From assembly GCF_018350175.1 (NCBI RefSeq), contig NC_058385.1, forward strand, positions 66,774,001 to 66,838,000: a stretch of DNA of 64,000 nt, given 5' to 3'. The notes under the pieces are model-generated. The model was not told where the DNA came from. It was given only the letters and a program-made list of their open reading frames with translations, and ran no database searches. A program made the position numbers and the translations under genes. Positions 24,901 through 37,691 of this stretch are shown here, in pieces. The DNA comes from Felis catus (lineage: Eukaryota). Each line of letters starts with the position of its first letter. Within the stretch, counting starts at the first letter, position 1.

Positions 24901-27900
24901 CTCTGTACCCTGTGTGGGGCTTGAACTCAGAACCCCGAGATCAAGAGTCTCGGGCTCCACTGACTGAGCCAGCCAGGGGCCCCTCTCCTGTCTCCTTTAA
25001 GGACATTAGTCAATGGATTTAGGGTCCACCCAGGTAATCCAGCTTCATCCTTTCTCAAGTCCTTAACTTAATTACATCTGCCAAGATCCTTTTCTCAGTT
25101 AAGGTCACATTCACAGGTTCTGGGTGGATATATCTTTGGGGGGGAGCACCATTCACACTGGTACACTCTCAGTAATAAAGAGCAAAGGCCACTCTGGGGG
25201 TGGGGGTGCTCTTTGCTGCCCATACTGATCTAATTGGCTTTGTGGGGATTTTGGATCTGAGCTTATCCTTTAAAAGGAGATTAGCATGTAATGAGGGCCA
25301 GAGTCGTGCTGAGACTGTGCTGCCTTCTGCCTCAGCACCTGTCTGCAAGGAGGCATTATTAGCCCATTCTGCAGTTGAAATGGGGCACCAGTAGGTAGCA
25401 GAGCAGGGGCTCAAACCCAGGTCCGAAGTTCATTCCCATGCCTGGTGAGGGGAAAGGGAACTGGGCTCAGGGTTACCAGATCCCAGTTCTAGGTCTGGTT
25501 CCACTCTGGTGTGGCTTGAGAAGCATTAACCTCTGTGCTCTCAGATGGACTAGACCTTGCTCCCAAAGCATGGTCTCAGGATCTACAGCATCAGCATCAC
25601 CTGGGAGCTTACTGGAAATGTAGGATCTCAGAAACTACTCGGAGCTACCAGTCGGAATCTGCGTGTTAACATCCTGGCGACTCAAAAGCACGTTACATTT
25701 TAGGAAGTCATGAACTAGAACTAAGGTAATCTTCTTCATGGCAACTTTTCCTTCAGAGAGACTGTTTCTGTGTTTCGTTGAGGGAGAATGACAAGCATCC
25801 TTTTACATTTCAGAAAGGATAATGGGTGTTGGGTCCATACGCTGTCAGGTTTAAGGCATTCTCTTCAGAGAATAACCTCTGAGCTTCAGCATTCTCTCTG
25901 TTAAGTTGTTATAATACAACTTTATAGGGTTGTTGAAAGGGTTACACGAGGTGATGTGTATGCAGTGCCCAGCTTAGCACTTGGCACATAGAGGGTGCTC
26001 TACAGCAATAATCAGCACAACAGTGGTCCCACCTTCAAGCCACATCCAAAAGGGAGAAGAAAACACTGGGTGGCTTGGGCACTCAGTAGGTACTCTGTGT
26101 TGAATGCATTGAGTGGCTGAAAGCACAGGGATGTATCATTAACTGCAGCTGAGTTATTCCCACACCCACTTTGCTCCTGTCTCCAACCCACATCCAGGTG
26201 TCAGGACCTCACTTGAGAGGCAGCAGGGAAGCACCTGTGAGGCTGGCTCAGCCCCTCAGCAAAACTCAGAACTATAAACATCCTGCCACTTCCAGGCAAA
26301 CATGGCTCCCGGCAGCTGTTGTCCAAATACAACATGAGCCAGGTCAGGATATGAGCAAGAAGCAGCTTCTCTCTGCTGAGCTTTTCTCTGATGCCCCCCC
26401 AAACCAAGCAAGCTAGTTGTCACCCTTCATTTCCAGCTCCCTCTCCCTCTGATTTATTCCAAAACACTTACTATATAGAAATCCCTTTTACCACTCTCCT
26501 ACAGGGTCTTCTCCAGCCCCAGCTCCCTTGGGACTTCTCCAACATTTCTTGGGCAAGACAGACTATTCTATATTCAGACAGTTCCTTATGTTGAAGCGAA
26601 ATATGTCTTCTTAGAACTTAGTTCTTTCTGTGGAGTCTCAAAGAATTTATGGTCATATTTGTTCTACCACAAGTACCCATTCCTAGGAAAGTAAATCTTC
26701 ACTGATTTACTTCTAAGTAAAAATCTANNNNNNNNNNNNNNNNNNNNNNNNNNNNNNNNNNNNNNNNNNNNNNNNNNNNNNNNNNNNNNNNNNNNNNNNN
26801 NNNNNNNNNNNNNNNNNNNNNNNNNNNNNNNNNNNNNNNNNNNNNNNNNNNNNNNNNNNNNNNNNNNNAAGGGAGGGGGGAGTGGGGAGTGGATGCTAAT
26901 AGAAATAGGGTTTCGTTTGGGGGCAGTGAAAATGTTCTGGAATTAATAATGATTGTTATCGATCCTGTGAATATACTAAAAGCCCAGATTTCTGGGACTA
27001 GGAAATTTTTCATCAGTGATCTCCTTGGGTCTCAGAGCCTCTCTTCATGGTCTTATTCCTAGATGCTCTTCCCTTCATCTTGCCTTGTTACTGGGGTTAC
27101 CTTATTCCTGATCTCTTTCTCAGTCTCCTATTCTTGGCTATGCACTTACCTGAGGCATTGATGTAAATAGTTTCCCTGGCCTTGACCCTTGATTCTTGAC
27201 CTCGGCCACTGTTTTATGTTTACTCGATCTACTTCTAGATGCCATTCCAGATCCCTAATCCAGCTTTCATCAGACCTAATTCCCTACCACCTCTCATGAG
27301 AGGGACCAGAGAGACTTGGATGACATTAGGATTGCATAACTACACTTCTCATGAAGTTTCTTCCACCTTAAGGTCAGATGCAATGTCATAGTATCCAGTT
27401 TTTAACTATCCTATTGGACCTTGAAAAGCATTAGGATCTGATTATAGTTTGGGTATCTTTTACAAAGAGAACCCTAGAGGTAATTAACTTGGGTTAGTTC
27501 GGAATGTACAAGATCAGTGGGAGGTCATCTTCCTAAGATCATGGGAAAGTTGGACAAGAGATCAAATATAATCAACTTCAAAAGTAAATTTAAAAACAAA
27601 ATAGATTCCATACCCATTCCTTTGCAGGCTTCGTTCAGCATTTTGGCATCCTGATCCACATCAAAACCTTGATGACTTCTTGCTTTGGCCTGGAGAAAAT
27701 AATTGAAAAGGTGAGTGGACAATATGGGCATTCTTGAATTATCTCTGGCTGATGTTGGCAGCTATTTAGAAGATGAAGAAGTCATCCAAATGAGGGACCA
27801 TCTGCCACTTTATACATAGGTACATGCGGAAATCAGCTTGGGAAACTCTGGCCCCAGAGAGACGACTGGTACTCCTTGGAGCCAGCTGGCCTTGGATGAC

Positions 27901-30900
27901 CACTGAGAATGGGCCTCTCTGTTCATAAGGACAATCAGCCTGGCCATCTCTGGGTTGAGCCATTTTGACATCAAGCCTACCTTTGTGTGACTGCCTCTGA
28001 AACAGAGAATAATACAGTGGGCCAATGTCCTGGAATGCTGGTTCTACCCTCTTGTCATGAGACACAAGTGTGTCTAGGGAGTAAGTGTTGCCAGGCAGAA
28101 GCTGAGGGTTCTAAGATTTTATGACAGATCCATCCATTTGGTGACCTGGGCTAAAGCTTTGCCATCCACACAACGAGAGACATAACATTTAGTTTGCCAG
28201 AGACACCTACCGACCAGAAATAGCAGAGTTACTGGTTTTTACTGTTCCTCGGGGAGAGAAAGTTCTGTTCGTATACTAAGTTAGGGTTTCTCCTTTTACT
28301 TCAGTCATTGGTATAATAGATGCACTAATTTGTCCACAGTTACCTAAGTCTATGTTATTATTATCTGCTTACAATTTTTCTTTCAGCTGACTTAGCTGGG
28401 TTTTACTTAAAGTTATTTTTAAAAGGAAATTTTCTATTAGGACTAAAATGGAAAAACAATATTGGTTGCCTAAACAAAAGCAACATAAAAATAAATGCAT
28501 CACTATTAAAAATTTAAAGATGTGAGGTTAATTGCAGTGACACAACTATTAGCTTTGAACCTACCCTGTGTTTTTGCAATTCTTTGCCTTTCCTCACAGA
28601 GATTATCTTTGATGACACGTGTCACTTATTTCCCACCCTTCAATGAAGGAGTGATCATGCTGCTGTCTACACCACCTACCCAATTCCCCTCTCCCGCCTT
28701 TCGTTTTCCTTGGCCCCCATTGGGAAGGCATAATAAACCACATAAAGCACAGTAGACATATTGCACTTATGCACAATGTCTGGCATTGCTATTCCTTTGG
28801 TGGGGGGCTTCCCTTTCCCCCATTTTATGTGTTTTCATGGGGGCTGTCAGTCATGAAGCTTGAGCCTCCTTGTCCCGCCCTTGGGTGGGCACAAACCCTG
28901 CCACTCTGGCAACTGTGACTGGTTCAGGAGTAGGAGTATAATCCAAGCAGTATCAGAGTCTTTTCTTTGGTTGATATTGAGATAGAGAAAGAGATGTCTT
29001 CTGACTGGGCTTGTTCAGCTGAAAGAGTGAGTCTAGGCCTGCTGGTTGCCATTTTATTCTCTGATGAAGGGACATGCGTTCAGAGTGAAGCAAGGCAGAG
29101 ACAAAAAGAGTGGAAATATGGAGAGAGAAAGAGAGACTGAATACCACTGTATAAATCCTCGGACGCAGCAATGCCTGTTTCCTAGCTCTTCCCATTTTCA
29201 TTAATAAACTACGACTTTCTCGAAGTTAGTAAGTTGGGTTTCTGCCCTTGCAACCAAAAGTGTTTTGAGTAATATCCACAGAATAGAGGAGGGCTGACTT
29301 CTCGGCCTTTCTTAATAGAGATTCATGTAATCCTAGAGCCAAAGGGATCTTCTAGGGCCGCCAGTCATCTCTCTGCCTTATGGGATCCCTCCATTACACA
29401 GCCCATCTTGAAGTATCTCTTTCTGAAGCATGCTGGGAAGGGGACTTACATCTCTTGAGCACCTGCCACATGCCAGACAATTTCTTCATTTACAGACCTT
29501 TCTTCATTATTAACCCAGAAGAGTAGCCATTAGGAGTCTAAACTTACAGAGAAGGACATCAGGCAGGTTAAGTAAGGCAGGTGTCTGAACACTTGCGGAT
29601 ATAGGCAAGCCCAGCGTGGTTTGCCTCCTAAAGCCCATGCTCTCAGTCCCATGCACCATCCTGCCTCGTGCTCTAAGTAGGATGGGGGCCTTTATGTTCA
29701 GCATTTTTTTCTTTCCAGATCTCTTGTGTGGTGTGAGAAAGCTATCTGGTGCCGCTGAAGGCTTGCTGGCAGGACCATCGACAGAATTTTCAGGGCTCAA
29801 TGCAAAATAAAAATGTAGGGGCCTTGTTCCAAATGGATGTAGAACTTCAAGATGGTGACATCAGAGCGTTAAAGCAAGCTCGAGGCCTTTCTGAGTGCTG
29901 GGTCTGTGCACCTGCACAGGCTGACACTATGGAGCCCGTCCTGCCTGTTGATCAAGTTCTCTGAGTGTGGGAGAGTGGCAAATGGCAATCTCAGACGAGT
30001 GAATGGTGTCTTTGCTTTTCATTAGAAGGATTTTGTGGAAGGTTCGGGGAGTGAGGTGCCATTGGACCAGAGCAGCACACGTCTCCTCTTAATAAGCTGT
30101 TCATAAACCGTTCTGATGTCATTTGAGCCTCATCAGGGCAAAGAATCTGGTGGGACACTTATATTTGCCCCACCTCACGTAAATTGAAACAGAGGCACAG
30201 GGCTCTGTGAATAGCTAGGGAGGTTGTGCCCTGGCTGAGGGGCAGGGGGGCTGGAGTCCAGCTGGGATTACATTTGCTAAGCCAGCAGGGCTGCTTCTCT
30301 CTCAGAGAGACACATTTTTCCCTCAGTTGCACAGAGATGCAGCCAGGACTTGCAGAAGCCCTGTGGAGACTTGCTTAAGATCCCCTGGCCAGGTGATGGC
30401 TGCGGGGGAGCCAGGGGTAGACTCGTTCTGTCAAGTATGAAGAGACACTTCCATCCTTCGTCCCCTTACTATTTTAGTGAGGTGGGTCCTTGATACAAAA
30501 ATAGAGTTAAAGGAGCCAAAAATAAAGGGGGGGGGGACCTTCTGAACATATCTAGTTTATCCAAGGCCAAAAGATGAAGTGTCATTTAGTCCCCAAATAA
30601 CAGTGATATCGGGGGGGGTGGGGGTGGGGAGGGCAGTGGGAGAATGTTGAACTACACGTTAGGAGCAAAGATGACGTGGAGACAACTTTTTCTTTTTTGC
30701 TTAACTGAACATGCAGCATTGAGCTAGTGAGACCATCTTTAAAAAATTCAGTGTGCAAGTCTGCATCCGACACACTTCAATCTGCCATCAAGGCAGGTGG
30801 AAGTTAGGAGTTCCCAGGTTCCTTCTAAGGACCACTCTTAGCCATGTTGGTTATCTTTCCTAATCCAAAGAGTCTTGTTCCTCATAACAGCAGGCTATTT

Positions 30901-31794
30901 GATGTCAGAATAAAGAGATCACATGATGGGACTTATTTAAAGGCAGGGAGGGAGGCGAGAAAATAGGCTGTTAGGAATTTCCCCCTCTACGTGGCTGGGA
31001 CTGCCTCCACAAAGGACATATTATTCATCAGTGCCACCCAGTGTTGATGCAAGGGGTGTCCTTGGCTTGTTCTAATGAGCTGGGTAACCATCTTCTCTGG
31101 AATGTATACGGAGCGGACATTCCACCGTTCATTGTTCATTGTTAGCGATCCAGGCAGCTGACTTTGGGACCTCAGGCCCATTTGCCCATCAGATTTCAGT
31201 TTTGAAACCTGAGGCCATGGAGCAGAACTTCCACATAAAGCAGGTCTGCAGGAATATGAGTCAGGCACAAAGTGGGGGTACAGGGGACTCCAGTATGAGG
31301 ACAGATAGGACTGTGATGATTTGAGCAAATACACAATGTTCCACTTGCTTTCAACTTTAAGCAAAATAGAGGCAGAACAACATTCCTTTTTTGTTTTCTT
31401 TTGATTTGTTGTTTAACAGCATTTACACTGACACTCAAGGGACACATTAAAAAGACAAGATGTCAGATGTTAATAAAAATGATTATAGAAGTCTGGGCTT
31501 TGAGCCCACATGAATCCAAGTTTGAATGTGGTTCTATCCCTTAGCAGCCATGTGAACTTGAGCCAATAACCTCTAAGTGATCATTTCCTCACCTGTGAAA
31601 TGGGGGCAATGTCTGCCTTGTAAGATTTGAGGCTTATGCGAGATAACATTTCAAAGGCCAGATAGATAAGGAGCCACAGAACTGCTAATTTTTCCCTCTG
31701 CTTCTTTGGGCCACCTCTTGTTTTTTTTTTGCCTTACAGTGAGGTTAGGTTTTCAATTCTGCATATTTCCACTTGACAAGTTTGAAAGATTTAC

Positions 31795-31840
<46 letters not shown>

Positions 31841-34800
31841 ATCTGAGAGATGTCTTCCAAACTTGAAATTGTAAGATGTAAATCTATCTCCAGTGCTCCA
31901 AACTGTATTTGAATCCCAGAATAATTGCTATTACTCATGTGACCTTCGGCAAGTTTGGGAGCCCCTCTGTGCTGTGGTTTTGTCATGGCAAAATGTAGCC
32001 AACAATAGCGTCCACTCATAGGTCTCTTACGAGAATTTAAATGAAGTCATTCATACCAAACATCTAAGTGAAGCCTAGCAGAGAGCATGTGCTTAAAAAA
32101 ATGTAAAGGATTAATAATGGAAGGCAGATCAGCAAAGAACCTTCTAGAATATTTGAAACCGTCTCCTGCTCACAGGGTTTCTACCTTCTAAATGGCACTC
32201 TAAGGATCGGTTTTTCATTGATCACCTGCAGTTTGGATCTAAAGCTCCAGACACATATTTCACACCAGGCAGTGAAGTGGTTCACGATTCAGGCTGCACG
32301 GAGTCAAGTGACGTGGGATGACACCCAACACCACATTTTGTTAACTGCCTCATTTGATTAGTGTGATAATTGGCACCTCATGGAGTGTGAGGATCTCACT
32401 GAGATACAGCCCGGGTGGGTCACTTGCCAACGTACCAGTCAGGCTCACAATGGGAGCGAATACCACGAACTCACAAGAGGCACCGCCTGGTACAAAATGA
32501 GCTGGGAACTTTCAGTCTTGTTTTTGCTTCCTTCCTTCCTTCCAGCATGTCTACACGTCACTTCTCTGTGTCTCCATGTTCCTGCATCTTAAACAAGGAA
32601 ACGAATGATCCATTTTTCTGGAAGGAGGAGTTATACAAAATGAACTGAGATGCTATGAGCCTGGATGCAGAATGAATGCCGAAAACACCCACTCTGTGAA
32701 ATGACTCAGAGACAGGCCAACTTCAGCACGTCGAGTGCCTAGGAGGGAGGTTGGCTGTTGTACCAATTCAGATACTACATCCCCTACCCTGCCCCACCAG
32801 CCACAAGGGCCCGAGTGGTGACACAGACAGCTGACCAAAGGCTTCTCTCCTGGTCCAGGTCAAGGAAAGCTTAACTCTTGGGATCAAAGGGAACATTTTA
32901 AGAAAATCTTCCTCCAGCTTGCAGCAAACTCTGGAGATGGAGTTTGTGAAAATTTAGCTGAGGGATATGATTGGCAGACTGTTGCTATGTATTATGTGGT
33001 AACCAGGATGTTCCAGGACCCAGCCTTAAGTGCACTCCTATTTAAGGCCACTCCCACTCATCAGTCCTGGTGACCTGATGTATTTGGAGAGCATCAAGAC
33101 TGGGAAATAAGGATATACTTCTCACGAGAGACATGGGAATTAATTAAAAAGCAATACGCCACAGGCAAATTAGAATCTCCTCTGAATGGTTCCTCTTCTC
33201 TGCCCGCTTCCTTCTTCTTTCCTCCTCTTTTTTTCCTCCCTCCCCTTCCTTCAACAGACAAGTAGTGAGGGTCTGCTGTGGGGCCAGCACTGCCCTGGTG
33301 AGGGGGACTTGATCAATGAAGCGCAGGTCTTGTCCCCAGGGAAGTAAACATGCAAGAAGATCAATGACAATTCCGTTTATAATGGGGCATGGATGTTGGG
33401 TGCAAATCGCTGAGAGGAAGAAGGGGAATTTTTAGGGAGAAGTTGACATCTGTGCTCGTTCATGAAATATGAGTTAGGCAAGCATAATACATACGTATGT
33501 ACATACACACATATATACGTACATACATACATATGTACACAAATAAGGAGGGGTGACCTGCCACTGAACTACTGCAGAACGGACATGATTGATCTAAACA
33601 ATACACAACGATGTAATGTGGACTTGGGAGTGGGACCTACAGCGTTCAGTTATGCTTTGCTCCTTACTGGTTGTACGACCCCCGCCCCAGGCAAGCTGAC
33701 CCATCTCTCTGAGCCTTTGTTGTCTCAGGTTTAAAGTCGAGGTGCACCTGTGCATGGGCAGCGTGAGGTTTGGATGCAGTCGTGTTGGGGATGTAGTGCC
33801 AGGTTACAGTGAGCACTTGGTTGGTGGCACGTAGGAGGTGCTCAGTGACATAAGGATGTAGGGGTCATTTGTAAGCCCTGAAGTATTATCAAAATGTAAC
33901 GGGAGTGGCATTTTGTTTGCTCTTTCCAGTGCAGTTCCCCAGAAGCCCTGGCTTGCTGCAATTTGCTCGGTAAATATTTGAAAGTGGTTGCTTGGTATCC
34001 AGGCTCTGAGACAGGAGGACTCTCAGGAAGCGCTGGGGAGCAGAGGGCTCATTGTTACACTGATCTCAATGGTGTTGCTTCTGGAGCCAACATGAAATCA
34101 GGAGGAGGCTGAGGAGATTAAAAATGAGAGCCAGGATTAGAACCAGGTGGTGGCCTGGGCATTTTAAACAGGAGCAAGGTGGAGGCAGGCAAGGGTTGTG
34201 CCCGGGAGAGCCTCAGACATGCCTGAATTCTCCCCAACATAAGCAGTGACCGTTGCCCCTGCTAGTTAATGGTACCTTGAGCCAGTGCTGGTGATTTGGG
34301 CTAAATCTGCATAGATTTTAGTCGTTAGAGAGTTAGGGAAACTGAGGTCCAGTTCGGGAAAGAGACTTCTTCGTGGTCACGTTGGTATCCATCCCCGCAA
34401 AGATGTCTACCCTTGAACCTGGCATGATGCTATTTTTCTCTCCTTACCCTTTCTAAGCGTCTCTTTTCCATCTGAAAGATAACAAGGTCTTGGGGGTTGT
34501 TACAAGGATATGCATCAAACATACTTGGCAGGAAGCTGGGCACATGGTGAGTGTTCAGTGTTATTTTTATTACTTCCTTCCATCTTGACCTGATTCCTAT
34601 GGAGTGTTGAATGAGCCCCTGACATGTTGCTTTGTGTGGCACCTTTAAAATAACTGATTACATAATTTTGTCCTAAATCAGAAACCATTTTGTACTTAAC
34701 AGATAAGTAGTAAGCTGGGCCAAGCGTTGAAGAGAAATTTAAGGGATTAACACTTAAAATTGAGAATGACAGCAAAATACAAAGCACTTACTATGTGCCA

Positions 34801-37641
34801 GGCACTGGCCCAAACAACTTAATCCTCACAAAAACCCTATGAGGTAAGTATTATTACCTCCTATTTTGCAGTTGAGAAAAACAAGAAACAGAAAGGTTAA
34901 TAAGTTATCTGAATCACACAGTTACTAACTGATGGAATTCAAACCTACACAATCTGGATCCAGAAATTCCACCATTGGCTTCTCATTAACTAATTTTTTT
35001 GTCTCTTTCAAAATTATTATTTTTAAATTTAATGGTAGAAAATCTCAGTCCAACCCTCAGAATGCTAGTATTTTATAGATACACCAGCTAAGACCTGTGA
35101 TTTGTCCACTGATCAGGGAAGCCAAGGACCCCTTGCATAGCTGTGGGATCAGGAAATGTTCTTGATGAGACAATAGGAAGTGAAGGGGAAAATGAAGGCC
35201 AGCTACCACTATTTGCAAGGCAAAATGGATAGCCTCTCCCTGTGAGCAGAGCATATGTGCAGGAAAGGCACTGTTGTCAAATTCCGCTCCCAGTATCTTT
35301 TTGAGTCAAATGGAATCATGTGTTCTGCTTTTCATCTGTGAACTAAGACTAATACCTATGTAGCAAAATCTTGGGAAGATGAANNNNNNNNNNNNNNNNN
35401 NNNNNNNNNNNNNNNNNNNNNNNNNNNNNNNNNNNNNNNNNNNNNNNNNNNNNNNNNNNNNNNNNNNNNNNNNNNNNNNNNNNNNNNNNNNNNNNNNNNN
35501 NNNNNNNNNNNNNNNNNNNNNNNNNNNNNNNATATCAAGCCAACTTACAGAAACAGAGACTAGAATGGGGGTGGGGGAGAGGGGAGATGTTGATCAAAGT
35601 GTACAAATTTCCAGTTATAAAATGAATACATTCTGGGAGCCTAATGTACAGCATAGTGATTATAGTAATAATACTGTACTATATACTTGAAAATTACTAA
35701 GAGAGTAGATCTTAAATGTTCTTACCACAAAAAGAAATGGTAGTTATGCATAATGCAGGTGTTAGCTAAGGTTATAGTGGTAATCATTTTGCAATATATA
35801 AGTGTCTCACATCAACACACTGTTTACCTTATATTTATGTGATGTTGTATGTCAATTATATCTCAACAAAGCCATATGGAAAGATATTGTGAGGGTTCTG
35901 GGCAGGGAGATTTCATTATGATGATCCAGAGCTGGCAGGGGAGAAATTGGCTTTTCTGCCCTTCTCTAGCAGGCTGTCAGGACACCTCCTCCTTTTCCTC
36001 CTCCTTCCCCATCTTACCTCAAACCTTCCTGTTCCCTGTTTACTAAAACATCTTGCCCTTTGAGTAGTGGAGAGATCATAGCTAAGGGACTGTGGTGTGC
36101 CAAGGGGTTGAAATTTAGCAGAGGCAGTCTGAAGACAGAAAAGCATGAGGCCAGAAGGATGATCAAGGTTTCCAGCATGTTTATTCTTAGGGGTGACTGC
36201 TTTCCAGCCTGATAAACTGTCACATGTTTTCATAGGTAAAATTTCATTTCTCCCTACCTGCCGGAATCTGGGCAAACTGACTGCAGATTTACCTTATTAG
36301 GAAGGGTCCATGAATGTTCAGTGGGGGAGGAAGAGGAGGGGTACTGCAAGCAGGCTCCTCACTGTAACTTCCCAAGTCCTCAGAGGGCCAAGGGGTTTGG
36401 GGGTTGACAGCACGGGCCTCATGCTCCTCCATTTCTTAAACACCTGGTTGCCCACTGTTGAGTCCACTGGCAACAGTGGAGAATGTATCTACTTAAGGGA
36501 ATTTGCTGAACCTGTATCTCCTCTCTGAAACCACTTATGACCCTCTTGGGAAGGATTGAGGACTTTCTGCCAGTTGGGCCTAAGGTGGCCAACTGATTGC
36601 CCAAGACTCAGGGTTTCCTAGGATGTGAGATTTTCAGTGCTAAGACTGTGATGTTTCCAGGCTAATCAGGATGGTTGGTCACCCAAGCTGGAGCTGACTT
36701 TGCAAGCTTTCAAGAGACAATTGTGTGCATCTCTTCCCAACTCTGTGTTCAGTGAGGCCATGTTGGTAACTTGAAATCAGCTGTGATTTCATATTTATAC
36801 TATGGAAATTGGCTCATGGCACAAATTTGGTTCTTGTCCTCCCCCACCCCAAGAGCTGGTTGTGAAACATTTTCTGGCACACCAGTTTCTTTTTTGTGCT
36901 TATACTCCATTCTAGAGACTTCTATCAGATCTTCTTAAGATACATTATTATATTTATTCACTAATTTATCTCCCTCCCTAGATTGTAAACCTCTTGGAAC
37001 CAAGAACCATGTCATATTCCTTGTCATATCCAGCACCTATCATAATGCCTGGCACATTATAGGCACTTGGTAAATGTTTACATATTGATGGAAGCTCATT
37101 TGAATTCTCTGCAGCTATAGGGTATTTCTCTTCCCTTCTAGAGGCGGAAGAATCTTCTTCCTTTGCATGTTACAGAATATGCCACATCTCTTTTCCTTTG
37201 CATCCTGGCCTTACTCTAGTTTGTATCAATGTCAGGGGTCAGTGGCAAGAGTGGAGACAGAAGAGGGGGAGAGTGGAGTTATCCAGTTAGACATCTTGAA
37301 CTGATAATGATGTCAAGCCTCCTAGGGTAATGAAGCAGAGAGAATGATAAAAGGAACAGTAAACTTAATCAGGACACCTGGGAGAGCTCAACTGGACCTC
37401 ACTTGGAGGCTTAACAAGAAACACAAATGAAAGTGAATGCCTAACGCTTTTAGGTCTGGAATAGTTTGAGCTAAATAGAATTTGATGCTCTTAGACTTAA
37501 GACCTATGGAGGAAATAGTGGACTCTGAGGAAGATGCCCTGAACACAGATGGATAACTTTTCAACCCTGGATACACATCAGAATCATTTGAGATAGTTTT
37601 TTTTTTAATTATTTGAGAGAGAGAGAGAAAGCAGGGGAGGG

Positions 37642-37691
<50 letters not shown>

